The position numbers and the translations under genes were made by a program. Below, piece after piece: positions 9,525 through 18,011 of a DNA stretch of 64,000 nucleotides. This DNA is from a virus. Lineage: Duplodnaviria > Heunggongvirae > Uroviricota > Caudoviricetes. The notes beneath the pieces were generated by a model. It saw only the letters and a program-made list of their open reading frames with translations. It was not told where the DNA came from and searched no databases. Position 1 is the stretch's first letter. The number at the start of each line of letters is the position of its first letter. The DNA lies in the IMG/VR virus record IMGVR_UViG_3300027744_000008; one strand, written 5' to 3'.

Positions 9525-10128
9525 AAGATTGTTTATGGACAAGTACAGCTACAAAGCTGTACTCGTAGTCCCGGGCGCCCAATGGTTTCGTAGTAAGAAC
9601 TTTGATCTTGCTGAGGAAAGGCTTAAGGAGGTAAACATAAACATAAAGAATACAACTACAAGAATTCGTACTCCCGAAGACCTTACATATTCTAAGAAAG
9701 TTTGTGCCCTATTAAGATCTATAACAGACTACGAGATACGTGTAGAAACACCCTTCATAAGTGTATATACAAATAATCTAAGAGATATAGATAAACTATG
9801 TGACATTGATTCTGACAGAGTAAAGTATATCTCTAAACCTCCTGCAAGTGGTATTAGTAAAAACACTGTGATAATGGAGCGAGAAGGATGGGGTTATAAA
9901 ATCACACTTGGACGTACAAGACAAAGCTATCAAAACTTTGTTGAATGGGCAGAAAACGGAAAAGATCTTGTTAAACTCACTGGCGGTAGTAAACGAGCCC
10001 TGTTAAAAGACGGGCATTGGGGCGGTAGTCACTTATATATTAAGAATGAAAAAGCCCTAGTAATGGCAAGAATGTTCTTGAGCGAGGGCATTAGCCGTGT
10101 TGATCAAGTGGTAAAAGCCCACGAGTAG
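9505..10128 (+). CDS. hypothetical phage protein
   Basis: About 207 aa ORF overlapping the clpA end. Confidence 0.65.
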   Translation: MKCKETKRLFMDKYSYKAVLVVPGAQWFRSKNFDLAEERLKEVNINIKNTTTRIRTPEDLTYSKKVCALLRSITDYEIRVETPFISVYTNNLRDIDKLCDIDSDRVKYISKPPASGISKNTVIMEREGWGYKITLGRTRQSYQNFVEWAENGKDLVKLTGGSKRALLKDGHWGGSHLYIKNEKALVMARMFLSEGISRVDQVVKAHE

Positions 10129-10184
10129 GAAATATCTATAGATAGCATTTACGATAAATATATTGTAAATGCAGGATATTTCTT
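10127..10184 (+). promoter_or_regulatory. late promoter TAAATA inside an RBS-sequestering hairpin
   Basis: GCATTTAC/GTAAATGC and AGGAAATATC/GATATTTCTT stems; TAAATA at 10155-10160 in the loop. Confidence 0.65.
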
Positions 10185-10532
10185 ATGAAAATAATTGAGC
10201 TGTTAGAAGACATTCAAACACCATCCGAAAAGAAGGAAAAAGGAATTTCTTTTGATCTTAAAGATGATTTAGAATTTTTTATGCGGAATGACGATGATTT
10301 TTATCGACGTCATTACTACCCGCATGTGGTAAAATGTAAGACCTACATGGAATCTGGTAGAAAACTTGGTCCAAAGGCATTTAAAAAGCTAGTAAATCAT
10401 GCTTACGAATGCTACAGTAAAAAATTCCCCATTCGAGAACTTCCCGATCTTTTAGAAGAAGAGTTGTGCGAAAAAATTTGCAACACACTTCACCAAGAAG
10501 AAGTAAAATATATTAAAGAAAAAGTTTACTAA
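10185..10532 (+). CDS. putative head-packaged protein
   Basis: Leader MKIIELLE; function unknown. Confidence 0.6.
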   Translation: MKIIELLEDIQTPSEKKEKGISFDLKDDLEFFMRNDDDFYRRHYYPHVVKCKTYMESGRKLGPKAFKKLVNHAYECYSKKFPIRELPDLLEEELCEKICNTLHQEEVKYIKEKVY

Positions 10533-10534
10533 TC

Positions 10535-11296
10535 ATGACACTTAACGAAGGCGGTAATGTATTCGCTAACACAACATCATTTGATCACAAAGATGTTCCT
10601 AAGATACTTAAAACAATCAACGGAGCACTAGCAGGAACAGGTATTACTGCTATTCCTGTTGGCTCTGCGGCAACTCCGAAACATGGACACACTAGTGGCG
10701 ACATGGATGTTATTGTTGACGAGCAAGCAGTATTAGATTTTTTTAAAGCTAAGGATGCTAAGGCTGGACGTAAAGCACTAAACGATTATATTAGTAGTAA
10801 AGGTTTAGAAACAGCACAAAGCGGTATTAATGTACACGTCAACGTTCCAGTTCATGATGAATTTCATCAAGTGGACATTATGGTATCAGCTAATGCTGAG
10901 AAGGTGTCAAAGTTTCACACACATTCTATTCCTGATAACAGTCCTTACAAAGGTGTTAACAAACAGTTAATGATAGCAATACTGGCCAAACAAAAAAACT
11001 TTATGTGGTCAGCATGGCAAGGATTGTTTAGTCGTACTCCAGAAGGTAAAAAAGGCGAGCTAGTTGCTGATAATTTAGATGATGTAGCCAACTACTTGTT
11101 TGGACCACGTGGTAGTGCTAAAGATCTAGGTAGCGTAGAAAGTATACTTGCCGCATTGCCTCAACATGAAGCAACTGTACTGCTGGCAAGAGCCAAAGAA
11201 GATGCTAACTGGAAAGAAGTGCCAGTCAAAAAAGAAAATTATCGTGTTGGAACTAATGAATGGTTCCGTCATTTGTTGGATAAAGTGCAGCTATGA
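10535..11296 (+). CDS. Pol-beta-superfamily nucleotidyltransferase
   Basis: VGS...GDMD...QVD catalytic pattern. Confidence 0.75.
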   Translation: MTLNEGGNVFANTTSFDHKDVPKILKTINGALAGTGITAIPVGSAATPKHGHTSGDMDVIVDEQAVLDFFKAKDAKAGRKALNDYISSKGLETAQSGINVHVNVPVHDEFHQVDIMVSANAEKVSKFHTHSIPDNSPYKGVNKQLMIAILAKQKNFMWSAWQGLFSRTPEGKKGELVADNLDDVANYLFGPRGSAKDLGSVESILAALPQHEATVLLARAKEDANWKEVPVKKENYRVGTNEWFRHLLDKVQL

Positions 11297-12444
11297 GATT
11301 AAGACAACTGTTTAAAGAAGCGGACGCACCTAAACAGTTAGGTAGGGCTTTCAACCATCCGGAGCATTTTGTATTTTTCTACGGTGCAGCAGGCACATTA
11401 GAAGCACTACAACATTTTGAAGAAGTAGCTGCCGAAAAATCTGGTGAGACTAGTATACGTAAGAAGTGGGATGGCAATCCTCAGATTTACTGGGGTAGAG
11501 AACGCAGCGGCGGTCCATTGATACTTGCTGGACACAACGGATGGTCACGTGGTGCAAAGACTACTAGTCCAGAAGAAGTGGCTGATTTCATCGCTAACAA
11601 GAGTGGTAAACCCGGAACACCCGAACAAGATGCTGAACGTAGGCGCTTTGCACAAGAATTTGCTAGCCTATACCCTATATTTGATCGTGCTACTCCCAAA
11701 GACTTTGAAGGATTTGTCTATGCAGATGGCCTATTCCTTAAACGCCCTGCATTGGACAAAGATGGAGTTTATACATTCTGTCCTAATCCCAATAGCAATA
11801 CCTGTTATCATGTAAGAAGTGATAGTGAACTAGGAAAGCGTATTGCCAATGCACAGGTTATGGTTACTGGACACGGTTATTTTACAAGTTTTGGTATGCC
11901 TGATAATCAACAGGAACCTAAAGATGACTTTAACGAGTTTAATAGTAATCCACAGTTAATTGTGCAAGGTCCTATTTACAATCCAACCGCACCTCAATAT
12001 GATACAAGTGTTATCAAACCATTGAAAGACTATGTAACTAAAAATGGTAATGTAATAGATGCATTTATAAGCAGTATTCCGCCGACTGATAAAGAAGGCA
12101 TATTTTATAAATTTGCTAATACTATGAGCAAAACTGGTGCATTCGATGCTATTAATAATCAGGGGTTCTTTGACTGGCTAGCTGATCCTAAAAATAAGAT
12201 TAGTAATAATAAACGTATGCATATTGAAGCTATGAGTAGCCAGCATCTTGGCGCACTAGACGGAATCTGGCACTTGATGAAAAAGATTAGACACTTAAAA
12301 GATCAACAACACAGTGCTTTAGAAACACAGCCTAAACCGGATATCTGGGATACAAATGGAGAGGGTAACGTACGATATGCCCAATCAGGAAAACATAAAT
12401 TTGGTAATATAAAATTCGTACCTACAAGTTGGACACCGAAATGA
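11293..12444 (+). CDS. ATP-dependent ligase / RNA-ligase-like protein
   Basis: Motif I KWDG, motif III-like YADGLF, motif IV/V-like EGNV...IKFV. Confidence 0.6.
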   Translation: MRLRQLFKEADAPKQLGRAFNHPEHFVFFYGAAGTLEALQHFEEVAAEKSGETSIRKKWDGNPQIYWGRERSGGPLILAGHNGWSRGAKTTSPEEVADFIANKSGKPGTPEQDAERRRFAQEFASLYPIFDRATPKDFEGFVYADGLFLKRPALDKDGVYTFCPNPNSNTCYHVRSDSELGKRIANAQVMVTGHGYFTSFGMPDNQQEPKDDFNEFNSNPQLIVQGPIYNPTAPQYDTSVIKPLKDYVTKNGNVIDAFISSIPPTDKEGIFYKFANTMSKTGAFDAINNQGFFDWLADPKNKISNNKRMHIEAMSSQHLGALDGIWHLMKKIRHLKDQQHSALETQPKPDIWDTNGEGNVRYAQSGKHKFGNIKFVPTSWTPK

Positions 12445-13097
12445 GATTAAGACAACTGTTCGAATCAGCACATAACGATGCCGCAATTATATTTGGCCGT
12501 TTTAATCCCCCGCACTTTGGGCATAAACATGCATGGGAAGTTGCTGCAGGTTTTCCCATTTGGTATGTAGGTACAAATCAAAGTACACAAGGTCCCAAAG
12601 ATCCGTTGCCATATGACATCAAAGTTGAAGCTATGAAAACTATAATGCCAGAACTTGAAGACCATTTAGTTGCAGAGCAAAGCTGGTTTACACTAGCATC
12701 AATGGTTTACAAACAGCATGGCTCAGTAACTCTGCATGTTGTTACTGACGAAACCGATGCGAAAATATTTGTTCCAGCATTGCAATCATCAAATGGTAAA
12801 GAAGGGCCACACGGTTTTTATCACTTCAAAGATGTGACATGGGCTAGATCACAACGTCTAAGTCAGGCAACACATTTAAGAAATGCTATTGTAAACGATA
12901 ACCCAAGTGAGTTTGCAAAAGCGGCTGGTATTCCTGCTGATACTCTAATAGCTGGTCAACCATTCTTTGATTTAGTTAAACATTATATGTTACCATACAT
13001 GCACGACGCGGCTGAAAAAGAAAGAGCTAAAGCTGAAAAAGAAAGAGCTAAAGCTGAAAAAGAAGCTGCCAAAGCTGCAAAGAAACGTACAGCATGA
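12441..13097 (+). CDS. HxGH cytidylyl/adenylyltransferase-like protein
   Basis: GRFNPPHFGH motif and KDPL; start corrected to MRLRQLFES. Confidence 0.8.
   Translation: MRLRQLFESAHNDAAIIFGRFNPPHFGHKHAWEVAAGFPIWYVGTNQSTQGPKDPLPYDIKVEAMKTIMPELEDHLVAEQSWFTLASMVYKQHGSVTLHVVTDETDAKIFVPALQSSNGKEGPHGFYHFKDVTWARSQRLSQATHLRNAIVNDNPSEFAKAAGIPADTLIAGQPFFDLVKHYMLPYMHDAAEKERAKAEKERAKAEKEAAKAAKKRTA
13011..13064 (+). repeat. 21-bp coding tandem repeat (AEKERAK, about 2.5 copies)
   Basis: GCTGAAAAAGAAAGAGCTAAA repeated. Confidence 0.9.
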
Positions 13098-13381
13098 AAC
13101 AGTATAAGATTACATCAGCAGATATAAATCAAAGCAGTCTAGACGACTGCTATCTTGCACCCGATGATCCTATACACGAATTAAAAGCCATACAACATCT
13201 AGCAGGTCTAGGTAGTGATGCAAGACTACATGAACTACGTGTTAATCAAGGCAGTAACATATCAGTTACCGGAGATAGCAAGGGCGAACTAATGCGTAAA
13301 CATAACATTAAACCTGGAACACCAGAATGGTTTAAATTATGGTTCAGTTTGCCTTACATGACAGGTGAGAAACCGTTATGA
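13094..13381 (+). CDS. hypothetical protein
   Basis: Overlaps both neighbours; contains IQHLAGL and PGTPEWF motifs. Confidence 0.7.
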   Translation: MKQYKITSADINQSSLDDCYLAPDDPIHELKAIQHLAGLGSDARLHELRVNQGSNISVTGDSKGELMRKHNIKPGTPEWFKLWFSLPYMTGEKPL

Positions 13382-14994
13382 AAGTTCTTCAAATTTTAAA
13401 AGAATCTTCACCACCTGATCTTATGAAGGGCTTTGAGGAGTTTTTACCGTTAGCAATGAATGTATTAGGTATCAACAAACTTCCACCAATTAAAATTGTA
13501 AAAGATGTTCCAGGAGCTCAACCTAGTTTTGGTGGATTTGATCAAGACTCGGGAATAATTTATATACAGATAACAAATAGACATCCACTTGATATATTCC
13601 GCACACTGGCTCATGAGCTAGTACATTTTAAACAAGACGCTGAACACAAGTTAGATGGCGAAAGTGGTAGGACTGGTAGTCCCATGGAAAACGAGGCAAA
13701 TGCCACTGCTGGCATAGTCATGCGTTATTTTAATAAACGGTATCCTGAGTATCTAGGTCAAAAACCATTAATAAAAGAAGATACTAGCGATTATGAAATA
13801 CATAACTATGAAAAATTAGATAAGATTTTAACTATGCTGTGTAAGATGGTTATTAAAGGACAACAGTCCAATAAAGGCTACGGCATGGTTGCTGCCGCAG
13901 TGTTAGATCCAGATAATCAATTAGTTGCAAAATTAAACTATCCTGCAGATGACGGGCTACGTGTTCATGCTGAACGTGCAGCCATGGAGGCATATAAATT
14001 AAAGTATGGTGAAATTCCAAAAGGTAGTATTGTTATTACAACGTGTAGTCCGTGTAACGAAATTGGCGATGAAACAGCAGATGGTCGTAGTGGCAATAAT
14101 TGTACTGATTTAATTAACAATTCACCTGTGCGTAAAGTATACTGCGGTTATATAGATCCAAGTCAAGGTGACGAAGAACACGAGGAACGCGATTTCAATC
14201 TTATGGAAACTGAGAATGGTAAGATACGTGATTTATGTAAATCATTTGCTGCCACATGGTTAGATATTGATGAATCATTAACTCCTAACAACATACACAC
14301 ATTAGCAGACCGTAAGGGTGTGAAATGGGACAACGAACCCAGTTTCCTTAAACTTACTAAACGCCTAACTGGTCACGAGCACCTAGATGATTTAGATCAG
14401 ACAGATCTACAAAAAGTTAAACATCATTTAGAAAAGCAAGGTGTGGCGGAAGGCATAGAACAAAAACCAGTAATCATCTACACAAATAATAGAGGTGCCA
14501 CAATAGATGATGGCATAAAGAAAAGTTTGCCGGTGACTGAATTACCTGCAAATAAATTACAGATGTGGGAAAAGCATAAATCAATGAAAGATCCTAAAAT
14601 TGCCAATTGGGTCACAAATAAACTTTTACCAGAATTAAAACAAAATGGTGTATTAAAGCCTTTGCTTGTGTGGAATAATGATGGTGAATTTTTTGTAATA
14701 GATGGAAATCATAGGTTTATAGCATATCAAGTGGCAGGCTACCAAGGCCGCGTTCCTGTACAAATAGTTCCTGACAATATGGTAAACATTTCTGACACAT
14801 TGCCAGGTCAGCAAGGTGTGGCGGAAAACTTTGCCGATGGTAAAAATCCCGGACGTAAAGGTCTAGCCAAACGTTCAGGAGTCAACACCAAAGCGTCAGT
14901 GAGCAGTCTACGCAAGACAGCAAAGAACTCATCAGGTGAAAAGCAACGCATGGCCCACTGGCTGGCCAACATGAAAGCTGGAAGAGCAAAATGA
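13378..14994 (+). CDS. multidomain polyprotein: zincin metallopeptidase, deaminase, small domain, ParB/Srx-like domain, basic tail
   Basis: HELVH...ENEA; HAE...SPC...C; IDGNHR; domains separated by IKE, IDE and QGVAE junctions. Confidence 0.75.
   Translation: MKVLQILKESSPPDLMKGFEEFLPLAMNVLGINKLPPIKIVKDVPGAQPSFGGFDQDSGIIYIQITNRHPLDIFRTLAHELVHFKQDAEHKLDGESGRTGSPMENEANATAGIVMRYFNKRYPEYLGQKPLIKEDTSDYEIHNYEKLDKILTMLCKMVIKGQQSNKGYGMVAAAVLDPDNQLVAKLNYPADDGLRVHAERAAMEAYKLKYGEIPKGSIVITTCSPCNEIGDETADGRSGNNCTDLINNSPVRKVYCGYIDPSQGDEEHEERDFNLMETENGKIRDLCKSFAATWLDIDESLTPNNIHTLADRKGVKWDNEPSFLKLTKRLTGHEHLDDLDQTDLQKVKHHLEKQGVAEGIEQKPVIIYTNNRGATIDDGIKKSLPVTELPANKLQMWEKHKSMKDPKIANWVTNKLLPELKQNGVLKPLLVWNNDGEFFVIDGNHRFIAYQVAGYQGRVPVQIVPDNMVNISDTLPGQQGVAENFADGKNPGRKGLAKRSGVNTKASVSSLRKTAKNSSGEKQRMAHWLANMKAGRAK
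14435..14826 (+). repeat. exact 17-bp direct repeats AGCAAGGTGTGGCGGAA flanking the ParB-like module
   Basis: Copies at 14435-14451 and 14810-14826, 375 bp apart and in frame. Confidence 0.95.
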
Positions 14995-16391
14995 GACTTA
15001 GAGAATTTATACTTAAAAAAGATGTAAGTGAAGAACTACGGGATTACGAGCCAAAACAAGTTCCTCATGTGACTCAAATAGTAGATGCACCAGATGCTTT
15101 TGCACCGGACACACAACAACTGTTGCATGACAAGTATGTATACAATAGACTAACCAAAGATGCCTTCTTAAAAATGAGAACTCGCCCTGATTTTAATTCT
15201 ATGATTGAGATTGAACAAGTATTCAGCGAGCCTATGAAAAGTAAAGTAACTCTTGTGTTTGATAACAGTAACGACAAGGGATACTGGATAACTCCCGTAG
15301 AGTTTGATACAATTAGCAAAGAAATTGCGGCCGATCGACTACTAAGTAAAAACAAACGACCCGGCGGTGTGCCTATGGCGAAAGATCCTATGGCTACAGA
15401 TAAGTTGCCCAACTCTATGCGACAAAGTCAACCGCCGATGCCTGGCAAAGAACAAGATCGTGCATATCGCGGTATTGGCGCAAATATGCCAACAGAATCC
15501 CTTGATGAAGATTGGAAATCAAATGCTGCCGCTGCTGCCATGGCGGGTACTATGGCTGTAGGAGCTCAAGGTAAGGCTCCTCAAATGGTTCAACAGATTG
15601 TCGAGCCCGGAGATACTGTCTACAGCATAGCAAGACAAAATAATTTAAACCCAGTCGACCTTCTTAAACTTAACAAGATGGATCGTAATACCAAGTTAGA
15701 AATAGGACAAAAAGTTCTAGTACCTGATTATTCTAAGCCTATTAGTAAAATGCCTGCTACTGTAAAACCTACAGTCAAACAAGAGCCAGCAAAAGCTACA
15801 CAACCTGCACAGTCATTCAAAGATAAAATATCATCAATGATGCCAAAGTTTTCGAAAGATGATGAGGATGAAGGTGTTACATTATTAAGCAACAACAGCG
15901 ATGCAGAGGCCGCACTACAAACTGCTGCCAAAGCTGCAGGACTCAAAGGTGTAGAATTAGCGCAGTTCATGGCACAGACCCGACATGAAAGTTGGGACTT
16001 TAGCAAGATGAAAGAAGTAGGCAACAAGAAAAAATTTGATCGATATGAAAAAAATCGTAGCCTAGCAAAGAATTTAGGTAATAAAGTCAAAGGCGACGGA
16101 GAACTATTTAAAGGTCGCGGTCCACTGCAACTCACAGGACGTGATAATTATACCAGGTCCAGTCAATACATATTTGGTGATGATAGACTGGTAAAGAATC
16201 CTGACCTAGTTAGTAATAGTTTAGAAATTGGTGCCAAAACTGCACTATGGTTCTGGAAGACTCAAGTCAGACCAAACGTTAGTAATTTTAATAATACCAC
16301 CCAAGTTGTAAAAGCAATCAATGCCAACGAACCAGCAAAAGTTGTACAGGCTCGACACAACAAATTCAAAGAATACTTGGCGGTGTTATGA
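14991..16391 (+). CDS. LysM + GH19 peptidoglycan hydrolase, probably virion-associated
   Basis: LysM VEPGDTVYSIA...LLKLN; GH19 AQTRHES and GRGPLQLTGRDNY. Confidence 0.85.
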   Translation: MRLREFILKKDVSEELRDYEPKQVPHVTQIVDAPDAFAPDTQQLLHDKYVYNRLTKDAFLKMRTRPDFNSMIEIEQVFSEPMKSKVTLVFDNSNDKGYWITPVEFDTISKEIAADRLLSKNKRPGGVPMAKDPMATDKLPNSMRQSQPPMPGKEQDRAYRGIGANMPTESLDEDWKSNAAAAAMAGTMAVGAQGKAPQMVQQIVEPGDTVYSIARQNNLNPVDLLKLNKMDRNTKLEIGQKVLVPDYSKPISKMPATVKPTVKQEPAKATQPAQSFKDKISSMMPKFSKDDEDEGVTLLSNNSDAEAALQTAAKAAGLKGVELAQFMAQTRHESWDFSKMKEVGNKKKFDRYEKNRSLAKNLGNKVKGDGELFKGRGPLQLTGRDNYTRSSQYIFGDDRLVKNPDLVSNSLEIGAKTALWFWKTQVRPNVSNFNNTTQVVKAINANEPAKVVQARHNKFKEYLAVL

Positions 16392-16987
16392 CCTTAGTTT
16401 ACATACACGGTGCAAGTGCTACAGGCGAAAGTTTTAACTACATTGGTGATCGTATTCCTGGAAAAAGTATTGTGGTCAATTACAACAGCGCAGATGGATT
16501 TGAACATAATCTTAAAGACATGCAGGCCGCACTAAAAGATATAGAAGACATATTCTTTGTTGCACACAGTCTAGGTGGAATATATGCTCTACATCTTGCT
16601 AATGCGTTACCTGATCAAGTTATAGGTGCCGTTACCTTAAGCACACCCTACGGTGGTGCAGAAACAGCAGATTATGCACAGTATTTTTTGCCGTTTAGCC
16701 GCTTACTACGTGATATAGGTCCTAGTAGTTGGCCCATGCGACAGGCAAGTAAGATAGAAATACATCACCCTTGGACTAATATAGTCACTGTAAAAGGTGG
16801 CGCTGCTTGGATTCTAGGTGCAAACGATGGTATTGTCACCGTTAACAGTCAACGCCATCATGGGCATGACATGGAACTAATTGACGTAAATTACAACCAC
16901 TACGAAGTAGTATTAAGCGAACAAGTTATTGACATTATCAAAGAACGAATAAATACGCATACGAGTCAAAAATATGAAAATACTTGA
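16388..16987 (+). CDS. alpha/beta hydrolase
   Basis: YIHG, nucleophile elbow AHSLGG, STPYGG, NDGIV, C-terminal His. Confidence 0.88.
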   Translation: MTLVYIHGASATGESFNYIGDRIPGKSIVVNYNSADGFEHNLKDMQAALKDIEDIFFVAHSLGGIYALHLANALPDQVIGAVTLSTPYGGAETADYAQYFLPFSRLLRDIGPSSWPMRQASKIEIHHPWTNIVTVKGGAAWILGANDGIVTVNSQRHHGHDMELIDVNYNHYEVVLSEQVIDIIKERINTHTSQKYENT

Positions 16988-17351
16988 TATTATTACAGAA
17001 AGCGGTGGGATGAAAAAGATCGATAAGACGCAAAAAGCGGCTATGAAAAATGCCACTACTTTCCCCTCGATGAATATGAGTTCTGGAAGTCAATATTTAG
17101 GATATCGCATGGCTATTGCACTTGCCGGTGCTCCAGATTTTCCCACTAAACAAGAAGCAGATAACTGGATAGGCGGTGACCCACTACTGGCTCCATACAC
17201 TGATGAAGAAAACGACATGATCAATGCTGCGGCTAAACAAGTTGGTGGCGGCAAAAGACAAACCTGGAGTAACAATCGCAGTTTAGAAACTGCCGATGTT
17301 AACAAAACTAGCCCAGTGGCTAAACCTAAAAAGAACCAATACGGAGTTTAA
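16974..17351 (+). CDS. putative head-packaged protein
   Basis: Leader MKILDIITE; TAAATA at 16950-16955. Confidence 0.6.
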   Translation: MKILDIITESGGMKKIDKTQKAAMKNATTFPSMNMSSGSQYLGYRMAIALAGAPDFPTKQEADNWIGGDPLLAPYTDEENDMINAAAKQVGGGKRQTWSNNRSLETADVNKTSPVAKPKKNQYGV

Positions 17352-17352
17352 T

Positions 17353-17988
17353 ATGAAAATTGCAGAAATACTCAGTGAAGAACAAATGGACGAAATCAGT
17401 CTAGGCAACTATCGTAAAAAAGCCACTATGAACAAAGCTATGAATCAAATTGATCAGTTTTATGGTAGGGATGATCCTGAAAAAGTATCTCGTGCTGAAA
17501 AGAACATTGCAAGGAGAGAAAAAGGCCTAGCTCGTGCAGATGTTCGATCAGAAAAACAAAGACAGGCCATGGCTAGTCAGAACGTCCCTGAACCAGTTGA
17601 TACAGTAAAAATGCAGGCACGTCTAGATAAAATGAAAGAGCGTTTTAAACAACTAGGTGGAACTAGCTATCAGTATGCAGATAGAATGAGCGACGATGAT
17701 CGTGAAGCAGAAAACCTACATCAGGCAATTCAAAGAATGGAACGTTCACTAGGTGAAAGTGCCACAGCAGGTGCTACCAGTAGTGCAAGTATTGGCACTG
17801 TAGATGCTCCACAACTAAGTCCAGGTAAAGCAAGAGGTAAGAAGAGCTACACTGGCACACCTGGTCATAGCGGCACAAAAGCACCACCACAACCCAAGGT
17901 TGTACAACCTAAAAACAGCGATGGTACTGCTAAAAACGGCCTAGATATGAAAGGCTCGAACTTATTCGGCGCACCTATCAAACGATAA
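17353..17988 (+). CDS. putative head-packaged protein
   Basis: GGAG RBS; leader MKIAEILSE; internal LGE|SATAGAT junction; start corrected from 17296. Confidence 0.65.
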   Translation: MKIAEILSEEQMDEISLGNYRKKATMNKAMNQIDQFYGRDDPEKVSRAEKNIARREKGLARADVRSEKQRQAMASQNVPEPVDTVKMQARLDKMKERFKQLGGTSYQYADRMSDDDREAENLHQAIQRMERSLGESATAGATSSASIGTVDAPQLSPGKARGKKSYTGTPGHSGTKAPPQPKVVQPKNSDGTAKNGLDMKGSNLFGAPIKR

Positions 17989-18011
17989 ATATACAATAAC
18001 GGAGATTTATA

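Noticed and set aside
13011-13064. Coding tandem repeats (AEKERAK; PTDNK at 21820-21856) as phase-variation or contingency loci
   Set aside because: Unit lengths are multiples of three in low-complexity linkers; ordinary slippage with no frame switching.
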